DNA of 64,000 nucleotides from Planctomycetota bacterium (GTDB taxonomy: Bacteria > Planctomycetota > UBA1135 > UBA2386): assembly GCA_965228735.1 (NCBI GenBank), contig OZ245838.1, positions 2,432,001-2,496,000 on the forward strand, read 5' to 3'. Shown here in pieces: positions 1-8,908 of this stretch; position 1 is the first letter of the stretch, and each line of letters begins with the position of its first letter. A model generated the notes under the pieces. The model was not told the origin of the DNA and ran no database searches. It was given only the letters and a program-made list of their open reading frames with translations. Position numbers and translations under genes: made by a program.

Positions 1-942
1 CATCGCCGCGGGCAGCGTCATCGGCAGCAGGTAAGCGCCGTACTCGGGTTCGAAGACGAGCTGCCGCACCGACACGTAGAGATACGGCACGAAGCCGATC
101 GCGAACGCGACGAACTCACGCCGCAGCGGCCGGCGGAACGGCGCGAGGAACACCAGCAACGACAGCGGCAGCCACGGCAGGATCCACTCCTGCACGAGGA
201 TGTCCCACGCGTAGTCGAGGCTCTGCGGTCGCCCGATGGAGCCTTCCTTCTGCAGCCCTTCGCCGAGTTCGGCCCAGTGCCCGTAGACGTGATCGAAGAG
301 CTGCGGCAGCACGAGGATCAGCCCGGCGTGCACGACGCCCGCCGTCGCGGCGAGCAGCACGTTGCGCGTCGTGACTCCGCGCCGCATCACGAAGAACGCG
401 AGCAGCCACGCGGGCAGCAGCGCCTGCTGACTGTGGATCAGGAACGGCAGGTGGCACATCGCGCCGAGCCGCGCCATACCGCCGAGCGACGGTGCCTTGA
501 TCTGCACGGTGAGCCACCAGAAGCACAGCCCCATCGGCGCGAGCATCGGGCCGTGGAACTCGACGACGGTCGCGAACGTGAGCGTCATCGGGGACGTGGC
601 GAACAGCGCGGTCGCGAACCGCGCGAGCCGCGGGTCCATGCCGAGCCGCCCCATGCCCGCACGCGCGCAGCCGACACCGATCGCCGCGCCGACCGCGGAG
701 AACCACACGCCGAGCTGCAGCAGTCCGGGTTCGAGGCCGACGAGCGCGAGCAGCCAGCGGAACGCGGACAGCGCCGGCAGATAGCCCGGATGCCACGGGT
801 GTGCGTCACCCTGGTCGAGCAGGCGCACGATGTCGATGCCGTCGACCTTGTAGAAGCTGTCGGCGCCGAGCAGCAGGTAGAGCACGAGCGCGCCCGCGGC
901 GAACGCGAGCACCTCACCCCAGCCGCGCCCCGATCGGCTCAT
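1..942 (-). CDS. Polytopic membrane protein, possibly GT-C (ArnT/PMT-like) fold; 3' end runs off the window
   Basis: Not in the ORF track because it is open at the edge. Manual translation from ATG 942 gives MSRSGRGWGEVLAFAAGALVLYLLLGADSFYKVDG...HPWHPGY...FATVVEFH..., with many hydrophobic segments and no stop before base 1. It lies 28 bp downstream of der. Confidence 0.6.
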   Translation of the reverse strand, partial: MSRSGRGWGEVLAFAAGALVLYLLLGADSFYKVDGIDIVRLLDQGDAHPWHPGYLPALSAFRWLLALVGLEPGLLQLGVWFSAVGAAIGVGCARAGMGRLGMDPRLARFATALFATSPMTLTFATVVEFHGPMLAPMGLCFWWLTVQIKAPSLGGMARLGAMCHLPFLIHSQQALLPAWLLAFFVMRRGVTTRNVLLAATAGVVHAGLILVLPQLFDHVYGHWAELGEGLQKEGSIGRPQSLDYAWDILVQEWILPWLPLSLLVFLAPFRRPLRREFVAFAIGFVPYLYVSVRQLVFEPEYGAYLLPMTLPAAM

Positions 943-970
943 CGCCTATCTCGAATCCTCGAAGGGCCCG

Positions 971-2302
971 TCACCGCTCGTCGAGGATGACCTTGTCGCG
1001 CTTGCGGAACACGATGCGGATCGGTACCTCGGTCACGCCGAACGCGTCACGCAGCGTCTGCTCGAGATAGCGCGCGTACTGCCCCTTGAAGACCTTGGGC
1101 TCGTTCACGAACACGAGCACGGACAGCGGCCCGGTGCCGATCTGGGTCCCGTAGAACAGCTTGGGGAAGCCGCCGCTCGAAGGCACGAGCTTCTCGCGCG
1201 CCTTCTGCAGCACCTCGTTGAGCTTGGCCGTCGGGATCTTGATCTGCGACTGCTCCCGCAGCTCGAACATGAGCTCGAGCGTCTGCACGACGTTGATGCC
1301 GTCCTTCGCCGACATGAACGACACGGGCGCGTGGTCGAGCCCGGGCAGCTGCTGCTTGATGTAGGCGTCCCACTTCTCGAGGTCGACCTCGGGCGCGAGG
1401 TCGATCTTGTTGCCGACGAGGATGACCGGCTTGTTGTGCTGCACGCAGTAGGCCGACAGCGTCTTGTCGACCTGGCTGATCGGCTCGCGCACGTCGAACA
1501 TGTGGATGCACACCCCCGCGCGGCGAATGCTCTCGTTGCTGCGCGAGTGCGCGAAGATCTCGATCGCGTGTTCGACGCTCTTCTTCTTGCGCACGCCCGC
1601 GGTGTCGATCGCCAGGAGCGTGCGGCCGTCGAGGCTGAAGACGACATCGACGGCGTCGCGCGTCGTGCCCGCGATCTCGGAGACGATCACGCGTTCCTCG
1701 CCCGCGAGTTGGTTGATCAGCGTCGACTTGCCCGAGTTGCGCTTGCCGATGACCGCGAACTGCAGCGTGTCGGCCGGCAGGTCGATGTCGGCATGGATGT
1801 CCTCCTCGGGGAGCTCCGCGAGGATGCGCTGCAGCAGGTCCGTGCAGCCGAACCCCTCCTTGGCGCTGATCGCGAGCGGCTCGCCGAAGCCGAGGCGCTG
1901 CCAGACGTGGACCTCGAGCTCTTCGTTCCACGACTCGATCTTGTTGGCGATGAGCACGACCTTCTTGTCGAGCTTGCGCAGCCGCTGCGCGACCATGTCG
2001 TCGCCGGGCACGCGCCCCTCCTTGCCGTCGACGACGAACAGCACGAGGTCGGCCGTCTCGATCGCGACCGCGATCTGGGTCTCGACGTGCTCCTTGAGCT
2101 GGGCCTCGTCGACGAGTCCGAGTCCGCCGGTGTCCGTGAGCTCGAACGAGCGGCCCTCGTGCGTCACCGTGGCCGAGATCCGGTCGCGGGTGACGCCCGC
2201 GGTCGGCTCGACGATGGACACGCGGCGGCCGACGAGCCGGTTGAGCAGGCTGGATTTGCCGACGTTGGGGCGGCCGACGATGCTGACGCGGGGAATGGGC
2301 AC
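971..2302 (-). CDS. der: Ribosome biogenesis GTPase Der (EngA)
   Basis: Two tandem G domains (GRPNVGKS/DTGG/NKIE and GKRNSGKS/DTAG/NKID) plus a KH-like C-terminus. GTG start chosen at 2302. Confidence 0.95.
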   Translation of the reverse strand: MPIPRVSIVGRPNVGKSSLLNRLVGRRVSIVEPTAGVTRDRISATVTHEGRSFELTDTGGLGLVDEAQLKEHVETQIAVAIETADLVLFVVDGKEGRVPGDDMVAQRLRKLDKKVVLIANKIESWNEELEVHVWQRLGFGEPLAISAKEGFGCTDLLQRILAELPEEDIHADIDLPADTLQFAVIGKRNSGKSTLINQLAGEERVIVSEIAGTTRDAVDVVFSLDGRTLLAIDTAGVRKKKSVEHAIEIFAHSRSNESIRRAGVCIHMFDVREPISQVDKTLSAYCVQHNKPVILVGNKIDLAPEVDLEKWDAYIKQQLPGLDHAPVSFMSAKDGINVVQTLELMFELREQSQIKIPTAKLNEVLQKAREKLVPSSGGFPKLFYGTQIGTGPLSVLVFVNEPKVFKGQYARYLEQTLRDAFGVTEVPIRIVFRKRDKVILDER

Positions 2303-2416
2303 GGGATTGGGGGCGAGCACGATACGGCGGGATCGCGGCGACCGCCAGTTGCCCGTTCTTTCCCGGGTGGGAACGTCGTCGCTAACGGTCGCGAGCGCCC
2401 GGACGTCAGACGCGCG

Positions 2417-3145
2417 ATGGACCCGATCCTCCGATCCGGCCGGTCGCTGCTCGCGGCCGGCGTCTGCGCTCTCGTCGTTCTCGCTCTCGTCGCTGCCACG
2501 GGCTGCACGAGCCACGCCGGCAGCGACCTCGACGCCCTGCTCGTGGCGCTCTCGACCGGGGAGACCTCCGCGACCGACCCGTGGTCCGACCCGCGCTGGG
2601 CCGCGCTGCGCGACGACCCCGAGATCAGGCCAATGCTGACGCGGTCGCTGCGGCAGCACGTCGAGGCCGTGGCCACGGAGTCCGACGGCGTGCACGAGGC
2701 CGTGATCACGACGGGGGACGAACCCGGCAAGCCGCTCGAGGTCATGGCCCGGGTGGTCGACGAAGGCGGCGACCCGGTCACCGGCGCGCTGCTGTTCGTC
2801 TACCACGCCGACCACGAGGGCCGCTACTCACCCGAAGCCACGGCTCCCGGCGACGGCGAACGCAACGCCCGCCTCTTCGCCTGGGTCACGACCGACGACC
2901 GCGGCGAATGCCGCATCCGCACGATCCTGCCCGGCCGCTACGGCGGCGCCCCGCCCCACTTCCACTTCGGCGTCCGCCGCGAACCCGGCGGCGAACGCCA
3001 GGGCGGCGGCCTCTACTTCGAGGGCGGCGACTGGCCGATCGACGCCGAGATCCGCAGCGACGCGCAGTCGGGCCCCGCGATCCTGGTCCCCGTCACCCGC
3101 ACGACGAGCGGCAAGTGGACGGCGACCGCAACGATCACACCGTGA
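2417..3145 (+). CDS. Putative lipoprotein with intradiol ring-cleavage dioxygenase-like domain
   Basis: Signal peptide ending VAATGC; motifs YHADHEGRY, RTILPGRY and PPHFHF. Confidence 0.7.
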   Translation: MDPILRSGRSLLAAGVCALVVLALVAATGCTSHAGSDLDALLVALSTGETSATDPWSDPRWAALRDDPEIRPMLTRSLRQHVEAVATESDGVHEAVITTGDEPGKPLEVMARVVDEGGDPVTGALLFVYHADHEGRYSPEATAPGDGERNARLFAWVTTDDRGECRIRTILPGRYGGAPPHFHFGVRREPGGERQGGGLYFEGGDWPIDAEIRSDAQSGPAILVPVTRTTSGKWTATATITP

Positions 3146-3150
3146 AGAAG

Positions 3151-3183
3151 GTGGCGGTACCGAACCCGTTTCGAATCCGCCAC
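3151..3183 (+). repeat. REP-like imperfect palindrome; intact copy of the intron target site
   Basis: GTGGCGGTACCGAACCCGTTTCGAATCCGCCAC, with a GTGGCGG/CCGCCAC stem. An inverted copy is split by the intron (3235-3250 plus 5243-5258). Confidence 0.8.
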
Positions 3184-3250
3184 CGCCAGCTCGGCGCCAA
3201 GGCCAATCGGAACGGCGATTGCGTGGGCGGCGCCGTGGCGGATTCGAAAC

Positions 3251-5242
3251 GCCGGGTGGCCCTGGGGGTCTCCCCCCAGGGCTCCCACAGATCCGGACGT
3301 GCGCGGCTAACGCATCCGGCTCGTCAGCGACAAGGGCTCGCTGCGTAGACCGACCGGGTCAGCCGGGGCGGAGGAAGCGGGTATGCACGCAGCAGTTGCT
3401 CGAAGCGGGCCCACGACATGTAGGCCGCCCGCGAGCGCCGGCTCAGCCACCGATGCCAGATGCGACGGGCCTCGTACCATACGCGACGTAACGCAGCAGA
3501 GTTGCCGGTCACGCCGAAGTAGAGGTAGTGCCCCCGTAGCTTCGAGCACAGGGTGGAGTACTGGACGCGGACCTTGTCGTGCCGATTGCGACGGCACCAA
3601 TCCCGTAGCCCAGTCAGGGTACGGGTCACGACGTGTCGTGTGGTGCGCCGCTGCACGGTCCATCGGCCGCGCCGGGAGCGTGACCAGTGATGGGTGAAGC
3701 CCAGGAAGTCGAAAGTGCCGCTCCCCGCCGCGCCGTCTTCGGGCGGTTGGAAGCGGACTAACCGGGTCTTGTCCGGATGCAGTGTGAGGCCGAAGCGCCC
3801 GAGCCTTTGGGCCAGGATCGACGACATCGCACGTGCATCGGCTTCGACGGCAAACAGGATCACGAAGTCGTCCGCATAGCGGACCAACTCCGCGCGACCG
3901 GCAAGCCTCGGCTTGACTTCCTCGACAAACCAACGGTCCAGCACTGCGTGCAAATAGATGTTCGCCAGCAGCGGCGAAATCACGCCTCCTTGTGGGGTGC
4001 CTTTGCGAGAGCGATGCAGCGCACCGTCCTCCTGCACCCCCGCCTTCAGCCACTTGTCGATCAGTCGACGGAACACTCCGTCGCGCACCCGCTGGTCGAG
4101 GATCGCTCGCAGATGGGTCGGCTCCAGGTTGTCGAAGAAACCTTGGATGTCGACTTCCAATAGCCAGCCGCCACCCATCGACATCGCATGCTTCCAAAGC
4201 GATTCCAGTGCCGTGTGCGGCGAGCGACCGGGACGGAAGCCGTGCGAGCAGTCCAAGAAGTCCTGCTCATATACCGCCTCCATCACTTGCGTCACCGCCC
4301 GCTGCAAGACCTTGTCCTCCAGCGTCGGCACTCCGATTGGACGCGTGCCACCCTTCCCTTTCGGGATGTGCACGCGCCGGACCGGTGGTGCGCGATAGCG
4401 CCCTGACTTCGCGCGTTCGTGCAGGTCCGCGAGGTTGCCCTCGAGATCCTGCTCGTAGTCGCGAGCCGTGACGCCGTCGACACCAGGAGCTTTGGACTTC
4501 TGCGTGCGGCGATACGCCTCCCGCAGAAGCGCGATGTCCATGTGGTGTGCCAGTGTGGTCAGGACCAGGTCTGGTCGCTGCCTCGCCAGCTCCGCTACCC
4601 GCCGGAGTTTCGTGGAGACCTGCTCGGAGCCCGTCGTCTCCGTGGTCGGTCCGTCCAGCGGTTCCTTGTCGCCGGTGACGCCCTTCCCTCCGCCGGGTCC
4701 CCGTGGGGCGGGTTCCCCGGACTCTTTGGTACTATGACGCACTCCGACTCCCTCGTTGGCGTCCCGCGTCGCTTCGTTTCCTTCGCTCGGCGGTACCGGC
4801 CGTGTGTCCGGATTCCTTGACGGCACCGACGCGGACACGACGTCGCGGCCCTGGAGAGTTGGTTTCCGGGCCCCAGCCGGAGTTGACGATCGGACCAATC
4901 GAGGGGATCCCAGGTTCCTGGGGAGTCCGATGGATGCGTGCGGTCGTTCTCAGGACCCCGGAGAGACTTCCGGGCCAAGCCGGTTGCGGCCCTTCCATGT
5001 TGCCTTCCGATGAACCCACCACGTCGGCTCTCTCGCTGTCGGTACTTTCGGGGCTCAGTCGCGCCGCCCACATCCTCGCTGTCTACGCTTCGCAGCGGCG
5101 GTTACCCGGTCGCCACGCAAGACTCGCTTCCGGCTGGTGGCTAGCCTTCGCCGGGCGGGTTTCGTCACCCGCGGGACTCCAATACGGGGTTCTCATTCCT
5201 GTCAGGTCATGATTTCTCCCGTCCAGGCTTCGCCTGGCGCAA
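3251..5242 (-). mobile_element. Complete group II intron, 1992 nt
   Basis: 5' end TTGCGCCAGG at 5242. Domain V GAGCCGGATGCG...CACGTCCGGATC at 3322-3290. Domain VI hairpin with a bulged A, ending ACCCGGC at 3251. EBS1 (5017-5012) and EBS2 (5045-5040) are complementary to the 5' exon. Contains an RT ORF. Confidence 0.93.
3324..4658 (-). CDS. ltrA: Group II intron reverse transcriptase/maturase without endonuclease domain; start uncertain
   Basis: APGVDG, IPKGKGGTRPIGVP, SHGFRPGRS, GTPQGGVISPLLANIYL, RYADD and FDFLGF, followed by a maturase X domain. The stop abuts domain V. Confidence 0.93.
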   Translation of the reverse strand: MDGPTTETTGSEQVSTKLRRVAELARQRPDLVLTTLAHHMDIALLREAYRRTQKSKAPGVDGVTARDYEQDLEGNLADLHERAKSGRYRAPPVRRVHIPKGKGGTRPIGVPTLEDKVLQRAVTQVMEAVYEQDFLDCSHGFRPGRSPHTALESLWKHAMSMGGGWLLEVDIQGFFDNLEPTHLRAILDQRVRDGVFRRLIDKWLKAGVQEDGALHRSRKGTPQGGVISPLLANIYLHAVLDRWFVEEVKPRLAGRAELVRYADDFVILFAVEADARAMSSILAQRLGRFGLTLHPDKTRLVRFQPPEDGAAGSGTFDFLGFTHHWSRSRRGRWTVQRRTTRHVVTRTLTGLRDWCRRNRHDKVRVQYSTLCSKLRGHYLYFGVTGNSAALRRVWYEARRIWHRWLSRRSRAAYMSWARFEQLLRAYPLPPPRLTRSVYAASPCR

Positions 5243-5267
5243 GGGTTCCGTACCGCCATGCCCGCCA

Positions 5268-6209
5268 TCACGTTCGCCGGTGGCGCCAGCGGTCGAGGCC
5301 GACGGCGACGATGATGATCGCGCCGACGAGCATCTCCTGCTGGTAGGTCGCGATGCCCTCGACGGTGCAGCCGTCCTCGAGCAGCGTCATCCAGAGCGCG
5401 CCGAGCAGCGCGCCGAGCACGGTGCCTTCGCCGCCCGCGAGGCTGCCGCCGCCGATCACGACCGCGGCGATGACCTTGAGCTCGAGGCCGATGCCGCCCG
5501 ACGGGCTGCCGGACCGCACGCGCGCGAAGAAGAAGACGCCGGCGAGCGCGGCCATGAGGCCGCAGAGCGCGTAGATCCGCAGCTTGACCCAGCCGACGGG
5601 CACGCCGCAGAGCCGCGCGTTCTTCTCGTTGCTGCCCGTCGCGTAGGCGTGGACGCCGAACGGTGTGCGCGCGAGGACGACGCCGAGAACGAGCGCGAGC
5701 AGGAGCGTGAGCCAGACGGCCGGCGCGAGCAGCAGCCACTCGGGATCGGGGACACTCTGCAGCCAATCCGGCAGCCAACCGGGGTCGGCCTGCACTTCGC
5801 GATTGCCGGCGAACCACTTCGCCAGGCCGCGCGCGATGCCCATCGTCCCGAGCGTCACGAGGAACGGGCCGATGCCGAAGCGCACGACGAGAACGCCGTT
5901 GAGCAGGCCGAGCAGCGTGCCGACGAGCAGCCCGACCGCGCACGACGGCACCACGCCCCACTCCGCCTGTCGCATCACGGCGGTCGTCACGGCGGACAGC
6001 GCCGCGACCGAACCGACCGACAGGTCGATCCCGCCGGACACGACGACGAACGTCATCCCGATCGCAACGAGCGCCACGATCACGGTGTGCGATGCGGCCG
6101 TGAGCAGGAACTGGCTCGAGAAGAACACGCCCGGCTTGCTCAACGCAAACCACACGAAGACGAAGAAGAACCCGATCAGCGGGCCGAGAACGGCGGGCAG
6201 ACGCTTCAT
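5268..6209 (-). CDS. Sugar (ribose-type) ABC transporter permease
   Basis: GGIDLSVGS, ELKVIAAVVIGGGSLAGGEG; multiple transmembrane helices. Confidence 0.92.
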   Translation of the reverse strand: MKRLPAVLGPLIGFFFVFVWFALSKPGVFFSSQFLLTAASHTVIVALVAIGMTFVVVSGGIDLSVGSVAALSAVTTAVMRQAEWGVVPSCAVGLLVGTLLGLLNGVLVVRFGIGPFLVTLGTMGIARGLAKWFAGNREVQADPGWLPDWLQSVPDPEWLLLAPAVWLTLLLALVLGVVLARTPFGVHAYATGSNEKNARLCGVPVGWVKLRIYALCGLMAALAGVFFFARVRSGSPSGGIGLELKVIAAVVIGGGSLAGGEGTVLGALLGALWMTLLEDGCTVEGIATYQQEMLVGAIIIVAVGLDRWRHRRT

Positions 6210-6219
6210 CCGAACGACC

Positions 6220-7758
6220 TCACGTGACTTCTCCTGTTGCGCTCGGGCCCGCGCTCGCCGCGACGCCGTCGCCGCCATCGCTGAGCATCGCCGCTTCGAG
6301 CAGCGCCTCCTGGGTCCAGTCCGTCGCGTTCCGGAACGCGCCGAGTCGGCCCTTCTGCATCACCGCGATCCGATCGCACAACCCGAGCAGCTCGGGCAGG
6401 TGCGAACTCACGACGAGGATCGCCGCACCATCGCGCGCGGCCTGATCGAGCAGGCCGTAGATCTCCTGCCGACTGCCGACGTCGATCCCGCGCGTCGGCT
6501 CGTCGAGCAGCAGCACGCGGCAACCGCTGTGCAGCAGCCGCCCGATCGCAACCTTCTGTTGGTTGCCACCGCTGAGCTCGCCGGCCGCCTGCTGCACCGA
6601 ATGGCACTTCAGGTTGACGCGCGCGCCGACCGCTTCCACCGCGCGACGCATCGCCGGCCGCTGCAGCATGCCGTTGCGACAGTGCGCGGCGAGCCGCGGC
6701 AGCGCGACGTTGGTGACGATCGGCAGGCTCGTCGCGAGCCCTTCCTGCTTGCGATCCTCGACGAGCAGGCCGACGCCGTGGCCCCACATCGCGGCCGGCG
6801 ATCCGACGAGCGGTTCGCCGGCGAGCTCCACCGCACCACCACGCCGATCGCGGGTGCCGAACACGGCCTCGAGCAGCTCCGTGCGGCCGGCACCCGCGAG
6901 CCCGGCGATGCCCGCGATCTCGCCGGCGCGCACCTCGAACGTCGCCGGCGCCGCCAGCGCATCGCTGTCGAGCTCGCGCACGGCGAGGACCGCGGCCCCG
7001 AACGTCACGCGCCGGTCGGGAAAGAGCTCGTCGAGCGGCCGCCCGGCCATGTGCTTCACGAGCAGACGGTCGTCCATCTCCCCGAGCACGCCGGTCGCGA
7101 CCTGGTTGCCGTCGCGCAGCACCGTGCAGCGATCGCAGACCGCGCGCACCTCGTCGAGCGCGTGGCTGATGTAGACGATGCCGAGCCCTTCGTCGCGCAG
7201 CTGCCGCACGACCGCGAACAGCCGTTCGACGTCGGCCGCGCCGAGCGAACTCGTCGGTTCGTCGAGCACGAGCAGCCGCGCGTCGGCGAGCACGGCCCGC
7301 GCGATCTCGACCATCTGACACGTGGCCGGCGACAGCTCGGCGACGCGCCGATCGGGCGCGAGGTCGCCGTGGCCGAGCCGCGCGAGCACGCGCTCGGCGT
7401 CCCTTCGCCTTGCCGCGCGATCCACGAACGGCCCGAGCGACCGCTCCCGCCCGAGCCAGAGGTTCTCCTCGACGGTCAGGTGCGGCAGCAGCGTGAGCTC
7501 CTGGAACACCATCGCGACGCCGCGCCCGAGCGCGTCGGCCGTCGAACTCGGCTCGTACGGGACCCCATCGAGCGTCATCGACCCGGCCTGCGGTCGCGTG
7601 GCACCCGCGAGCACCTGCATCAGCGAACTCTTCCCCGCGCCGTTCTCACCGAGGAGCGCGTGCACCTCGCCGGCCGCGACCTCGAGGTCGACACCGCCGA
7701 GCGCTTGGACCGGACCGTAGCGCAGCGCGATGTCGCGCATCTGGAGCAGGGCGGTCAC
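6220..7758 (-). CDS. Sugar ABC transporter ATP-binding protein (RbsA-like, two NBDs)
   Basis: GENGAGKS, LDEPT (twice), EDRK, LSGGNQQKV, DEPTRGIDVG. Confidence 0.94.
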   Translation of the reverse strand: MTALLQMRDIALRYGPVQALGGVDLEVAAGEVHALLGENGAGKSSLMQVLAGATRPQAGSMTLDGVPYEPSSTADALGRGVAMVFQELTLLPHLTVEENLWLGRERSLGPFVDRAARRRDAERVLARLGHGDLAPDRRVAELSPATCQMVEIARAVLADARLLVLDEPTSSLGAADVERLFAVVRQLRDEGLGIVYISHALDEVRAVCDRCTVLRDGNQVATGVLGEMDDRLLVKHMAGRPLDELFPDRRVTFGAAVLAVRELDSDALAAPATFEVRAGEIAGIAGLAGAGRTELLEAVFGTRDRRGGAVELAGEPLVGSPAAMWGHGVGLLVEDRKQEGLATSLPIVTNVALPRLAAHCRNGMLQRPAMRRAVEAVGARVNLKCHSVQQAAGELSGGNQQKVAIGRLLHSGCRVLLLDEPTRGIDVGSRQEIYGLLDQAARDGAAILVVSSHLPELLGLCDRIAVMQKGRLGAFRNATDWTQEALLEAAMLSDGGDGVAASAGPSATGEVT

Positions 7759-7766
7759 GGCAGCGC

Positions 7767-8735
7767 TCAGCGCCCGAGGATCGACAGGTCCGGCTCGAGC
7801 AGCAACTTGATCTTCGGGTCGTTGCGGTTGTCGGGGGTCGCGATGACGAGCTCGGTGTTCTCGACCTTGGGCACGGTCGCGCCCTTGATGTGCGCGACGA
7901 TGAGCTCGACGCTCCGCCGCCCCATCCCGACCGGGTCCTGCAGCACGAGCGCGTGGATGTGACCCTTCTCGAGTCCGCTCAGCAGCTCGGGGTTGGCGTC
8001 GAAACCGACGAACTTGACCTTGCCCGCCTTGCCCGCCGCGCCGAGCGCCGCGAGGAAGCCGTGCACCGTCGACTCGTTGGGGCAGAACACGCCGTCGACG
8101 CCGGGGTGCGCGAGCAGCAGCGAGTCGGCGCGCGTGCGCGCGGCCTCGACGCTCGGCGCGTACTGGCTGCTGTCCTTCACCTGCACGTCCGGATAGTCCT
8201 CGGCGAGCGCCGCGAGGAAGCCCTCCTCACGCGCCATCGTGCTCGCCGAACCCTCGGTGAACCGCAGCATGATCACGTCGCCCTTGCCACCGAGCAGTTC
8301 GCCGAGCTTCCGGCCCGCGGCCTCACCGGCCGCACGGTTGTCGGTCGCGACGAACGACACGTGCGCGTCGCCGTCGAGCGCGCTGTCGAACACGACGGTC
8401 GGCACGCCGTTGCCCCTGGCCTGCTCGACGGGCGCGCGCAGCGAGTTGGCGTCGACCGGCGCGAGCGCGATGCCCTGCACGCCGGACATCGAGAACGTCT
8501 CGATGAGCTTGATCTGCTCGTTCCGGTCGCCTTCGGTCGACGGGCCGCGCCACTCGATGTCGACGTCGAGCGCCTCGGCCGCCTGCCTGGCGCCGGCGTG
8601 CACCGACTGCCAGAAGTCGTGCGCCGTGCCCTTCGGCACGACCGCGATGCGCAGCCGACCATCCGCCTCGCCCCCGCACCCAGCTGACAGAACGACGAGC
8701 AGGGCCAGCAGGAGCGCCGCCGCCCCTCGCCACAT
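7767..8735 (-). CDS. Sugar ABC transporter substrate-binding lipoprotein
   Basis: Lipobox LSAGC; VPKGTAHDFW, VATDN, VGFD and LQDP motifs. Start 8735, alternative 8783. Confidence 0.9.
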   Translation of the reverse strand: MWRGAAALLLALLVVLSAGCGGEADGRLRIAVVPKGTAHDFWQSVHAGARQAAEALDVDIEWRGPSTEGDRNEQIKLIETFSMSGVQGIALAPVDANSLRAPVEQARGNGVPTVVFDSALDGDAHVSFVATDNRAAGEAAGRKLGELLGGKGDVIMLRFTEGSASTMAREEGFLAALAEDYPDVQVKDSSQYAPSVEAARTRADSLLLAHPGVDGVFCPNESTVHGFLAALGAAGKAGKVKFVGFDANPELLSGLEKGHIHALVLQDPVGMGRRSVELIVAHIKGATVPKVENTELVIATPDNRNDPKIKLLLEPDLSILGR

Positions 8736-8739
8736 GCCA

Positions 8740-8897
8740 GTAAGGAAACTTCCTACCAGAAACGAGTTAAGAGCGCGGCGCATGCCGAAGAGTCTGCCAC
8801 CGCACGATTTCTCGTCAACTATGCTCAAGTCCCGATAGGGATTGTCCGATGTCGGGACTGTGCCCGCCCAGGTAACCCCCCCCCCAGGGCACAGGAG
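8740..8897. promoter_or_regulatory. Divergent control region with dyad motifs, a C10 tract and an RBS
   Basis: Imperfect dyad GTAAGGAAACTTCCTAC (8740-8756); AGTCCCGA/TCGGGACT (8828-8859); CTGTGCCC/GGGCACAG (8858-8894); C10 at 8876-8885; AGGAG at 8893-8897. Confidence 0.5.
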
Positions 8898-8908
8898 AAC
8901 GACAACCC

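Noticed and set aside
3324..4898. RT as a retron, DGR or CRISPR-associated RT
   Set aside because: Domains V and VI, EBS/IBS pairing and a maturase domain identify a group II intron. I saw no template/variable repeat pair.
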